This document shows positions 9,440 to 18,913 of a stretch of DNA of 64,000 nucleotides, piece after piece. The translations under genes and the position numbers were made by a program. The notes beneath the pieces were generated by a model. That model ran no database searches. It was not told where the DNA came from and worked only from the letters and a program-made list of their open reading frames with translations. Origin of the DNA: Spirochaetia bacterium (lineage in GTDB: Bacteria > Spirochaetota > Spirochaetia > UBA9216); the NCBI GenBank assembly GCA_963677925.2, contig CAXXYH010000004.1, positions 2,144,001 through 2,208,000 on the forward strand, read 5' to 3'. Position 1 is the first letter of the stretch, and every line of letters begins with the position of its first letter.

Positions 9440-9991
9440 TTGATGGATAAAATTAATGTAACAGTTCTATTTAGTGGTGGAATAGATTCAACTGCATGTA
9501 TAAACATGTTTCATGGTAAACAGTATAAGATAAAACTTTTATATATTGACTATGGTCAAAAAAGTTGTGAGATGGAAAAGAAGACTGTTTTGAATATTGC
9601 CAATGAAATGAATCTTCCAATCTCAATTAGAAAATATTACAGTGAACATATATATTCAGTTGGAGAGATCCTTGGCAGAAACCTTTTTTTGTTGAGTGCT
9701 GCATTGTTAGAACAAACATCCGCTGGTCTTATTGCAATGGGGATACATGCAGGGACTAATTACTATGATTGTTCGATTGATTTTTTTAATCTTGCTTCGA
9801 GCCTCATCAGCAATTATAGCGCTGGCCAAATAGCTTTTGTAGCGCCCTTTATTGAATGGAATAAGAAAGAAATATGGGAATATTCCAAACTGAATAATTT
9901 AGATAGATATAAAACATATAGCTGCGAATTGGGGTTAATACAACCTTGTAAAAAATGTTTAAGCTGTAAAGATTTGGAGTTTTTAAAATGA
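9440..9991 (+). CDS. cap9: QueC-like 7-cyano-7-deazaguanine synthase family protein; type IV CBASS Cap9
   Basis: PP-loop SGGIDS, DYGQ, GRN, YYDCS, TYSC...PCKKCLSC zinc motif; operon context. Confidence 0.88.
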   Translation: MMDKINVTVLFSGGIDSTACINMFHGKQYKIKLLYIDYGQKSCEMEKKTVLNIANEMNLPISIRKYYSEHIYSVGEILGRNLFLLSAALLEQTSAGLIAMGIHAGTNYYDCSIDFFNLASSLISNYSAGQIAFVAPFIEWNKKEIWEYSKLNNLDRYKTYSCELGLIQPCKKCLSCKDLEFLK

Positions 9992-11004
9992 TAGCTAGGA
10001 AATCTGTAATTTTCCATAAAGAGAGTGGAGTTAAAATTGATACTCCACTGTTAATCCCTTCATTTTCAAGTAAAGGGTTCGTCTTTGACAGTAAAGGTAA
10101 TAGTGAAATAAATAAGATTTATAAAACTTCTAGTGAATTCTTCACTAGAGCATGTTTGGTAAGTGCATATGATATTCATTACAATCATATTAAAGACCCT
10201 TTTAATTTTGAATCTATACCAGAAGTATTCTTTTTAGATAGTGGTGGCTATGAAGTCTCCGAGACAGATGATTTTTCAGCAGTAGTTCACACTCCTTCAC
10301 AGTCGAAAGAATGGAATAAAGAAAAATATCGGCAAGTTTTATCAGAATGGCCTGATGAATATCCAAGCGTCTTTATAAGTTATGATCATCCAGATGACAG
10401 AAAATCTTTAGAGGAACAATTAAAGTCGGCAGATGAAACCTTCAGTCAATATAAGAATAGATTGAGTTTATTTTTATTAAAACCTGAAAAGAATACAGAA
10501 CACACCTTGAAAAGTGTTTTAAAAAAGGTATATTCAAACATTGATTCTCTACGGGGTTTTGATATTATTGGTATAACTGAAAAAGAAATCGGCTCATCGA
10601 TTTTAGATCGGATGGAGAATATCGCGAGATTTAGAATAGCATTAGATGAAGCTTCAATCCAAACACCTTTACATATTTTTGGAGCATTAGATCCCATTAG
10701 TGTTTGCCTATATTTTCTTTCAGGTGCAGAAATCTTTGATGGATTAACATGGTTACGTTATTCTTACCATGAGAGTACTTGTATTTATCCTCATAACTAT
10801 GGATTTATTAATTTAGGTATTCAGGCAGACGAAAAAAGAATAAGGGTAAAAAGTGTTAGTCAAAATATAATCGAATTAGAAAATATTGAATATACTTTAA
10901 GAGAGTATTTAAATACTAAGAATTTTAAAAAATTTGGACTCCATGCAGATAAAATTGAACAAGCTTTAGATCGACTTGAAACTAAAGTGAAAGGAGTAAA
11001 ATGA
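9988..11004 (+). CDS. cap10: TGT-like (tRNA-guanine transglycosylase fold) protein; type IV CBASS Cap10
   Basis: TPLLIP, FFLDSGGYE, LHIFGALDP, GAEIFD motifs; ATGA overlap with queC. Confidence 0.82.
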   Translation: MIARKSVIFHKESGVKIDTPLLIPSFSSKGFVFDSKGNSEINKIYKTSSEFFTRACLVSAYDIHYNHIKDPFNFESIPEVFFLDSGGYEVSETDDFSAVVHTPSQSKEWNKEKYRQVLSEWPDEYPSVFISYDHPDDRKSLEEQLKSADETFSQYKNRLSLFLLKPEKNTEHTLKSVLKKVYSNIDSLRGFDIIGITEKEIGSSILDRMENIARFRIALDEASIQTPLHIFGALDPISVCLYFLSGAEIFDGLTWLRYSYHESTCIYPHNYGFINLGIQADEKRIRVKSVSQNIIELENIEYTLREYLNTKNFKKFGLHADKIEQALDRLETKVKGVK

Positions 11005-11939
11005 TGGGTGGATCAGGCAGTATTTGGGGTAGCATTGATCCTGCTACTGAGATTGAAAAAATAAGAAAGGCTGGAGAATCAAATTTGAATGCAGGAGTGG
11101 ATACAGAAGTAAATTCATTTCTTGCAAAACTACTAGTTGGATTTAATGATAGAGATGTTGAGACAATAAATTCGATTCTTGATGAAATAAAAAATGATTT
11201 AAAAGAAGTGATTTCTGATACTATAGATATTCTTTTTGGAGGGTCTATTCATAAAAATACTTATATTGAAGGATTAAGTGACATAGATTCTTTGATTTGC
11301 TTAGATAATCATATTTTTAAGGATAAATCACCCAATGAGGTTAAAAATATTCTTAAAGTTGAAATGGAAAAAAAATTCGGTAAAGAGAATGTAAAGGTTG
11401 GTAATCTTGCTGTTACTATCAATACCAAAGGATATGAAATTCAATTACTACCAGCTATTAAAGAGCATGATACTATAAAAATTAGTTCTTTCGATGGTAA
11501 TAATTGGTCTAGAATAAATCCAAAAAACTTCACAGATATCTTAACAAAAGTGAATAAAAGAAATAATGGCAATGTTATTCCGGTTATTAAATTGGTTAAA
11601 TCTATCATTAGTTCTCTTCCAGAACAACAACAATTAAGTGGGTATCATATAGAATCTTTAGCTGTGAATATCTTTAAGGATTACGATAATATTAAAACTT
11701 ATAAAGAAATGGTGAAGCATTTTTTTATAAGTGCAGTCAAAGAAGTAAAAGAGCCAATTTATGACAAATCAGGGCAATCTTTATTTGTAGATGATTATTT
11801 AGGTCCTTCTAATTCAATTAAGAGAAGGTTGATATCAATATCCCTTGATAGAATTGCTAGGAAAATTCGGAATTTAGATGGCTTAGATAATGGGAATTTA
11901 GTATTGGATACTTGGTCAAGGCTTCTGAATCATGAGTAA
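11004..11939 (+). CDS. cGAS/DncV-like nucleotidyltransferase (CD-NTase, SMODS), CBASS cyclase
   Basis: FGGSIHKNTYIEGLSDID (hG[GS]x9-13DxD), GNLAVTI, IQLLPA, NPKNF, VIKLVK, SGYHIE; ATGs at 11001 and 11004, RBS spacing favours 11004. Confidence 0.92.
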   Translation: MGGSGSIWGSIDPATEIEKIRKAGESNLNAGVDTEVNSFLAKLLVGFNDRDVETINSILDEIKNDLKEVISDTIDILFGGSIHKNTYIEGLSDIDSLICLDNHIFKDKSPNEVKNILKVEMEKKFGKENVKVGNLAVTINTKGYEIQLLPAIKEHDTIKISSFDGNNWSRINPKNFTDILTKVNKRNNGNVIPVIKLVKSIISSLPEQQQLSGYHIESLAVNIFKDYDNIKTYKEMVKHFFISAVKEVKEPIYDKSGQSLFVDDYLGPSNSIKRRLISISLDRIARKIRNLDGLDNGNLVLDTWSRLLNHE

Positions 11940-12480
11940 ATTAAAAGATGAAATAGATAGACAGTATAGGGTCATTGATATGATGATATCGATGCATTCG
12001 TTAGCACGGGATGATAAAAAGCTAAAAAGTAAAACATTAGATGTTACTTTACTTTTATTCTCAGTAATTACATGTGCTCTTCTCCTTTCGGAATACACGA
12101 TATCAACCATTTTGCCTGTGAATGAGAATTTCGTTGAAATCTGTACGGCGTTGTTCTCAATGATAGTCTTTTTTTTATCATTGTTAGAATACAAATTGGG
12201 TTGGAAAGAAGAAAGAGTTTTACACGATTCTGCAGTAAAAAAACTGAGTTTATTAAAAACGAGATATAGACAAGTTTATATTTCAGGAACAATCAATTTT
12301 AACCTTAACAGACTTTTTAATAGTGTTATGAAGAGTATTCATCCCATCCCGGAAAAAGATTTTTTAAAATATAAGGCTAAACATTTATACAAAATTGAAG
12401 TTAGTAAAGCGTTGTCAGGCAATCCAGGAATTTCGATAATTCTACTTAGATTGAAAATTAAATTAGGACTATATAATTGA
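11932..12480 (+). CDS. Two-TM (SLATT-like) CBASS effector
   Basis: Two hydrophobic helices (VTLLLFSVITCALLL; ICTALFSMIVFFLSLL) followed by W...H; overlaps the cyclase stop by 8 nt. Confidence 0.75.
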   Translation: MSKLKDEIDRQYRVIDMMISMHSLARDDKKLKSKTLDVTLLLFSVITCALLLSEYTISTILPVNENFVEICTALFSMIVFFLSLLEYKLGWKEERVLHDSAVKKLSLLKTRYRQVYISGTINFNLNRLFNSVMKSIHPIPEKDFLKYKAKHLYKIEVSKALSGNPGISIILLRLKIKLGLYN

Positions 12481-13115
12481 AAGACTTAGAATATAGCATA
12501 ATTGAAAAATATTTAGAAATTAAGGAAACTGTAATAGCAAATGGTTATGAGTATGAAATTGAATGGCAGGAAGATATTAAAATTCAAGACATCAACGAGA
12601 ATGCATTTCTAAAAGAATATGTATGGGTTATTCTGTCTTCAGGTTTTAAAGAGCGTGTAGTTAGAAGGATATTCAAAGATATTTCCGAAATATTTAACTC
12701 ATGGTCAGAGATTTCATACTTAAATACAATTAAAGATAACTGCAAAGATGCCGCATTACGAGTTTTTAATAATAAAAGTAAAATAGATAGCATTTGTGAA
12801 ATGATTGACTATATTGATAAAAATGGTTTTGAAGAATTAGAGTATAATATTTATAAAAGCAATGTTGATTTTTTTTATAAATTTAAATATATCGGTCCGA
12901 TTACTGTAATACATCTATTTAAGAACTTAGGTATTTCTGTAGTCAAACCTGACCGCCATTTGATAAAGATATCAAATGCATTAGGTGTTAATTCACCTAA
13001 TGATTTATGCAATTTAGTTGCCCAATTCACGGGAGATGATCTAAAAGTAATTGATTTGATCCTATGGAGATGGGCTACTATAGTTCCAAACTATATCAAT
13101 CTTTTAAAAAAATAA
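12477..13115 (+). CDS. cap11: HhH-GPD / OGG-like N-glycosylase; type IV CBASS Cap11
   Basis: EYVWVILSSG, HhH-like FKYIGPITVIHL, KPDRHL, IDLILW; TTGA overlap with the effector. Confidence 0.78.
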   Translation: MKDLEYSIIEKYLEIKETVIANGYEYEIEWQEDIKIQDINENAFLKEYVWVILSSGFKERVVRRIFKDISEIFNSWSEISYLNTIKDNCKDAALRVFNNKSKIDSICEMIDYIDKNGFEELEYNIYKSNVDFFYKFKYIGPITVIHLFKNLGISVVKPDRHLIKISNALGVNSPNDLCNLVAQFTGDDLKVIDLILWRWATIVPNYINLLKK

Positions 13116-13294
13116 TTTGGATTTAAAGGCATATACAAGAATCTTAATATTAAGGTGTAAATATAGTTTATTAATTGGTTTGCTAAGTGTTATCAGATTT
13201 GAAAAATGTTAAAGGTAGTCAAATCATAGGGTCAGCTAGGCACATTATGACCAGAATGGTGAATTGATTAGGTTATTATGTAAAAGAGGGAAAA

Positions 13295-15634
13295 ATGTTA
13301 GAAATTGTGAGTGGTTTAGGTATTGGGTTAGGTAAAGTATTTGCAAAATATTTAATAGAAAAATTTAATAAAAATAATTCAAATCTAAGGTCATTAATTG
13401 CAAATGAAATTATTGATACCTTAAAACCAATAAAAGTTAAAGAAGATAATGTGATAACTACATCTACTGACAAAGTATTAGTAGTGATATCACATACTAA
13501 CATTTCTGAAAACACGAAGAAGGCTATTCTTGTTGAAGTAATTTCACTTTTATCAAGAGTGAATACTGAAATGTCATATCTATCAAAATTTTTTTTTAAT
13601 CCTCATCTATATGCTGCGGAAATTAAGAAAATGAGCAGTTCAAATATTTCAATGTTTTCTAAAGATGAAATTTATATTTTTGATCAAATGGTTTTTATAG
13701 CTTGTGAATCAATCATGAAAATATCAGAGAGTTTCTCAGGTTTTTTACATTACTCTGTCAGATCAATTTTTCAAAATCAGTCCGACATCCATAATGAGAT
13801 AAAGAAAATAGGAGCAAATATTAAATTATTAGAAGAATATATACTAAATGATGAATATCTCACCTCTGACTCATTCGAGATGAAATATAAAGAATTTTTA
13901 CAGACTAAATATAATAAATTCGAACCATTCGGTTTAAGAATATACGATATGATTTTTGAAAGTATAAAATTAACTGATGCATTCACAGAGCTTGATTTAA
14001 AAATATCTATCGATATTGATATGGGCAAAGATAATATAGAAAATAGAAATGATGAATTTATTAAATTATATATAGATGAAGATAACGAATTTATTAAATA
14101 CTATATTGAGGATAATAAAGGATTATTTAAAATTGAAAAGACATTAGATGGAAAAAAGCTTACTGGTCAGTCTAAAAATGATGAGGATAATAATCGTGAA
14201 TTAATTAAAAAGGATCATGATGGTGAATTTATTGAATTACCAAAATTTCAATTAGAAAATATCATTCATAATTTACTTGATGACAATTCTCAGAGGAAAT
14301 ATAAAAAGCAAGTTTTGACAATCAATGAGATATTACCTAACGAAAGGCGATTAATGATAGTTGGTCTGCCTGGTTCTGGGAAATCAACATTATTACAATG
14401 GCTAGTTGTAAATATCTCATCATTGAAGAATGAAAATAAGATAAAATACTGGGGAGATTCTATTCCCTTTTTTATTCGGTTAAGATCTTGTTAAAATGGA
14501 AAGTTCCCGCCTCCTGAGGAATGGTTAAGTTTAGAAGCAAAGAATATTCAATCATTGATGCCAAAGAATTGGATTCATAATTTAATGGGGAAAGGTAGAG
14601 TTGCATTATTCATCGATGGTATTGATGAAATTAGTCCAAGCGCTAGAGAATCTTTATTAAAAGAATTATCTGAATTAGTCCAACTATATCCATTATTAAG
14701 ATTAGTTATAACTTCACGTCCTACCGCTGTTGATAATCGTAGTTGGCCTGAATGGAATGTTTGGTTGTTAAAAGAAGGATTTCTTAAAGCATCAATTAAC
14801 GAGTATACAAAAGAACAAATAAATAGTTTTATTCATTCTTGGCACAAAACTCTTGCGAATTCAGTCAGTAATAAGGAGAATAATGATAAGTTGTTAAGTA
14901 ATGCAGATTCCTTAATCAGTATATTGAATGAACGTAGTGACCTGAGTAGATTGGCGACAAATCCATTGTTATGCTCTATGATATCTGCAATATTTTATGT
15001 AAAAGATGGCGAGTTGCCTGAAAATAGAATTGAGTTATATCAAAACTGTATTGAAGTACTACTTGAGAGTCGGGATAATAAACGTGAAATTGATTTGTCA
15101 CACTTTAAGTTATTTAAAAGTATAAATAATAAAATTCTATTAGTTCAATACTTGTCGTATTGGATGATGGATAATGGTAAAGTTGACTTGACCAAAGAAG
15201 AAATAATACAATGCTTTTTACATCGGTTGCCTATTTCAGGCATATCTAATGATGAAATTAATAATATTTTTGATTACTTTATTGAAAGAAGTGGTTTGTT
15301 GACTGAATATATGACAAACAGGTATATTTTTATTCATTTAACTTTCCAAGAATACTTTGCAGCTTTAGAAGGTCTGTATGCATACAACATTGGCTCATTA
15401 GCTCAAAAGGTAATGTTTGACCATTGGCATGAAGTGATAAAATTAACCATTGGAGTAGCTAGACCACATGAACGTAAGGAACTTGTCACAAAGATAATAG
15501 ATGTAGGTATGATGAGTCCATCAAAAGAAACCAAAATGATAATCTCTAATGTATTAGAACAATCATTGGAGATATGTTTAGATAAAAATGAAAGACTTAT
15601 TCGTGATGTTGAATATTATAAAAATAGTTTTTAG
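13295..15634 (+). pseudogene. NACHT/STAND NTPase (NLR-like defence protein) interrupted by in-frame TAA at 14492-14494
   Basis: ORFs 13295-14494 and 14555-15634 share a frame; Walker A GLPGSGKST, ...FIRLRSC*NGKFPPPEEWL..., Walker B LFIDGIDE, ITSRP, NPLL, FIHLTFQEYFAA. Confidence 0.85.
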
Positions 15635-15998
15635 AGTGATTCACTCTCGGGAGAGATAAATATTTTAAATTGGAATTGAATATAGGGTGATGAAGTATCT
15701 AATTTTATTAGACATAGGAAATAGTATCTGTAATAACCAGAAAACATCGTTATAGAGAAATTTAACGATAGGACCCTATTGTGCTGTTTTGAAAGATACC
15801 TATGGTTGAACAATTACTGATGGAGGTTTGTCTGAATCGAGTAATGAAATTCACAGATAAAAGTTACAGATAGAACCCGGAAAATGGGTCAATATAGAAA
15901 AATACTCATATACGATCATAAACAAACTCTTGAAATATCTCTTTTCATCATCTACACTTGTTTACATAGAGAAATGTCGGGATACACGGTGGACCGCT

Positions 15999-16040
15999 TT
16001 TTCATCCCGGCAACAGGGGTTCAACTCCCCTAGGAGATGC
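15999..16040 (+). repeat. attR, displaced 3' half of tRNA-Glu
   Basis: Identical to 2937-2978; continues ...GATGCCA (CCA end). Confidence 0.95.
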
Positions 16041-16048
16041 CAAATATT

Positions 16049-16083
16049 AAGGACTGTTTCTTGACGGAAACAGTCCTTTTTTT
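16049..16083 (+). terminator. Rho-independent terminator (original tRNA operon terminator)
   Basis: AAGGACTGTTTC-ttgacg-GAAACAGTCCTT followed by a T-tract. Confidence 0.85.
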
Positions 16084-16159
16084 ATGTCTTCAGCCTTTCT
16101 TGTTTACAGATAAATAGTTCTTGCTTTTCCATGTTTCAGTAGATTAAAATTATATTAAG

Positions 16160-18277
16160 GTGAAGTTTAAGAGCAAATTATTTTTTTCATTTTCAACTAA
16201 ACTGATTCTGGTATTCATCCTGCTGTTAAGTATATCAAGCCTCATTACAGGTCTAACTGCTTATCTTGTAGCCAGAAATGAACTCAACAGAAAAGGCAGC
16301 CAGGTTTTAAAAAACAGTGTGGTTCAGGCTCTTGATCTTATAGAGTCCGAGCATGAGCGGTTTATCTCCGCTAACTATTCACTGGATGCTTTACAGGAGC
16401 ATATTAAAGAAATCCTCATGGGGCCTTTAGATCCGCAGCTGGGTACCCGAACACTTCACCATCGCATTGATCTTGGAGCAAATGGTTATTTTATAATCTA
16501 TAATTCTAAGGGCGATGAAATCATGCATCCTACACTTGAGGGGCAGAATGTAATTGATGTAACCAGTTTTGATGATGATGAAAGATTTCTGGTACAGGAT
16601 CAGATTGATGCAGGTAAATCCGGGGGTGGTTTTACCTACTATTCCTGGATGCTTCCGCATTCAACCAGGATCGCCAGGAAAATATCCTACAGCCAATACT
16701 ACGAGCCATGGGACTGGATAGTTGTTGCTACTGCATACGAAATTGATTTTAACAGAGGCGCTGCAGTAATTCTTCTGGCGATCGTTATTACTATGCTGCT
16801 TTTAATTCTCTCTGTATCTTTTCTTATCGTAAAATTCATCCGGGGCGTCACAACTCCAATTTATAAGATAGTTGACGGATTTGGAAAGGTTGCTGTAAAT
16901 AAGCTTGAAGCTGTCGAAAATAATCTCCGTCGGGATGAGATAGGAATGTTGGTCGACGGATATAATCACATGATCAGCGCACTTCAGGAAGCAGAATCAA
17001 ATATTGCGGATAAGGAAGATTATATAAAATTTCTGGCCTTTCATGATGATCTCACAGGACTGCCAAATCGTCACGGAATTGAAGAGCACATCTCCGGAAG
17101 AATAAAAACCGGATGTAACACCGCTTATATGGTTCAGGCTGATATATGGGGGCTGAAGATAATAAATTCGGCACTGGGATACAAACAGGGAGACATGCTT
17201 CTGCAGGTAATAGGGGAGTACTTTTTAAAATCAGATAATTCAGATTTATACCTTGCAAGAACAAGCAGTAATGAATTCACAATGTGGGTAGAAAACAGGA
17301 ATCATAAGGAAATATCAGATCTTGTCTATGATTTAAGAAAATCTGTAAAAGAATATATCAATAAGAGCGGTTACGGACGCCTTGTTAATATGCATCTTGC
17401 CATGACAACATACCCGCTCGACGGCAGTACTTTCAGTGAGCTTTATGAAAAAACCTGTATAGCGCTTAAAACAGCAAAAGATGAAAATTCTTTAAAACTC
17501 AAAGAATATCATGATGATTTTAAGGAAAATATCGAGAATGAACTTTCAATGAGGAAGTATCTTACAAAAGCTCTTGAAGAGGATGAAATAAGAGCTTTTT
17601 ACCAGGCCCAGATGGATATAACGACCGGAACCGTGGCAGGCGTTGAGGCTCTTGCACGCTGGGAATCCAAAGAGTTGGGCTATGTTCCTCCGTCAATTTT
17701 TATTCCTGCTATAAGCAGCCAAAATCTTGTAAATGAATTCAGTATCTATATGATTGATAAGGTCCTTGGTGATTATTCCGCGTTGAAGCAGAAATACAAC
17801 GATGACATCAGTGTTTCAATTAATATTTCTCCATCCTATTTTATGGATAAGGGCTTTCTGGATAATCTTAATACAAGACTGAAAAAATATTCAATTCCGG
17901 CTGAAAAACTCACATTGGAAATAACAGAAGATGTTTTTATATCGGATATCGATAAGATTAACAGTATAATCAGTCAGCTGCATAACATGGGGGTCAGAAT
18001 ATCAATTGATGACTTCGGAACAGGTTATTCGTCATTAAATTATCTGACAAAGATGAATTTTGATGAGATGAAGATAGATAAAAGTTTTATAAATAAGATA
18101 ATAGAGGAACCGAAATCCATGGAGCTTTTTAAAGTTCTGTGCCAGATAGCTGAAATATATGATTATGAAATAGTTGCGGAAGGGGTAGAGACTGAGCTTC
18201 AGCTTGATATGATAAAAACTACACCTCTTAAAATTGTACAGGGATATCTTTTTTCAAAGCCGGAACCTCTGCAATAA
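16160..18277 (+). CDS. Cache-HAMP-GGDEF(degenerate)-EAL protein, probable c-di-GMP phosphodiesterase
   Basis: Two TMs, Cache sensor (GGFTYYSW, WDWIV), HAMP, DDLTGLPNR, RTSSNEF in place of GGDEF, intact VEALARW, DDFGTGYSS, EGVE. Confidence 0.9.
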   Translation: MKFKSKLFFSFSTKLILVFILLLSISSLITGLTAYLVARNELNRKGSQVLKNSVVQALDLIESEHERFISANYSLDALQEHIKEILMGPLDPQLGTRTLHHRIDLGANGYFIIYNSKGDEIMHPTLEGQNVIDVTSFDDDERFLVQDQIDAGKSGGGFTYYSWMLPHSTRIARKISYSQYYEPWDWIVVATAYEIDFNRGAAVILLAIVITMLLLILSVSFLIVKFIRGVTTPIYKIVDGFGKVAVNKLEAVENNLRRDEIGMLVDGYNHMISALQEAESNIADKEDYIKFLAFHDDLTGLPNRHGIEEHISGRIKTGCNTAYMVQADIWGLKIINSALGYKQGDMLLQVIGEYFLKSDNSDLYLARTSSNEFTMWVENRNHKEISDLVYDLRKSVKEYINKSGYGRLVNMHLAMTTYPLDGSTFSELYEKTCIALKTAKDENSLKLKEYHDDFKENIENELSMRKYLTKALEEDEIRAFYQAQMDITTGTVAGVEALARWESKELGYVPPSIFIPAISSQNLVNEFSIYMIDKVLGDYSALKQKYNDDISVSINISPSYFMDKGFLDNLNTRLKKYSIPAEKLTLEITEDVFISDIDKINSIISQLHNMGVRISIDDFGTGYSSLNYLTKMNFDEMKIDKSFINKIIEEPKSMELFKVLCQIAEIYDYEIVAEGVETELQLDMIKTTPLKIVQGYLFSKPEPLQ

Positions 18278-18304
18278 AAAAGCCGGAATCACCCGGCTTT
18301 TTTA
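18275..18304. terminator. Bidirectional terminator
   Basis: TAAAAAAGCCGG-aatcac-CCGGCTTTTTTA between convergent genes. Confidence 0.85.
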
Positions 18305-18319
18305 TAATGTAAATCCTGT

Positions 18320-18790
18320 TTAGAACCAGAATCTGAATCCAACAGCAGACTGAAGTCCCCAGTTCGGAAAACTGAAATTATCTCCAAGTGTTACGCCGAC
18401 AGCCGGGGCTACTTCAAGAAAAAGTTCCAGAACATCAATGGGGAATATCTGGAGTCCAACAGGTATTCTGGCACCAATCTGAAAGTTGGTAGAATTACCA
18501 AGACCAAGAACTCCGTAACCGCCAAGTCCTGCATACAGATTTAGAATACCTGCAAGATGTTCATGATAGAGCCACCAGTCAGCAGTTAATCCAAGATTGA
18601 ATTGATCAGAATTACCTGAAGCACTGATGCCCAGCAGGGGCCAGTCACTGTATTTTAATGACAAAGCGCCTGAATACGGAGAACTTCCAATAGGGTCAAA
18701 ACCGAAAGCTCCGCCGATACCGATTGCGAAAGAGCTGGCAGCAGTTATTACTAGCAGAATGACTGCTATAGCTATTATTTTCTTTTTCAT
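18320..18790 (-). CDS. Small outer-membrane beta-barrel, DUF3996/BAPKO_0422-like
   Basis: Signal peptide; GARIPVGLQ, ELFLEVAP, C-terminal VGFRFWF. Confidence 0.75.
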   Translation of the reverse strand: MKKKIIAIAVILLVITAASSFAIGIGGAFGFDPIGSSPYSGALSLKYSDWPLLGISASGNSDQFNLGLTADWWLYHEHLAGILNLYAGLGGYGVLGLGNSTNFQIGARIPVGLQIFPIDVLELFLEVAPAVGVTLGDNFSFPNWGLQSAVGFRFWF

Positions 18791-18913
18791 GTTTCCTCCA
18801 AAACAGTTGTTGTAAATAATATAAACTCTAAATCTTCATTTTTCACCATATATCCAATGCAATTAATGAAAATTTATTGTAATATCAGTAAAAATACATT
18901 CTGGAGTGAATAA

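Noticed and set aside
9196-9450. 84-aa ORF upstream of queC (and 8853-9044)
   Set aside because: AT-rich, no recognisable motif and weak RBS; probably the CBASS promoter region, though a small gene cannot be excluded
9440-11004. Housekeeping queuosine genes or a Dpd DNA-modification system
   Set aside because: Coupled to a CD-NTase, effector and glycosylase; no dpdB/C, queD/E or folE; TGT lacks the zinc motif
16160-18277. Functional link between the EAL protein and the adjacent CBASS cyclase
   Set aside because: Lies outside attR after the original terminator; an ordinary chromosomal c-di-GMP gene
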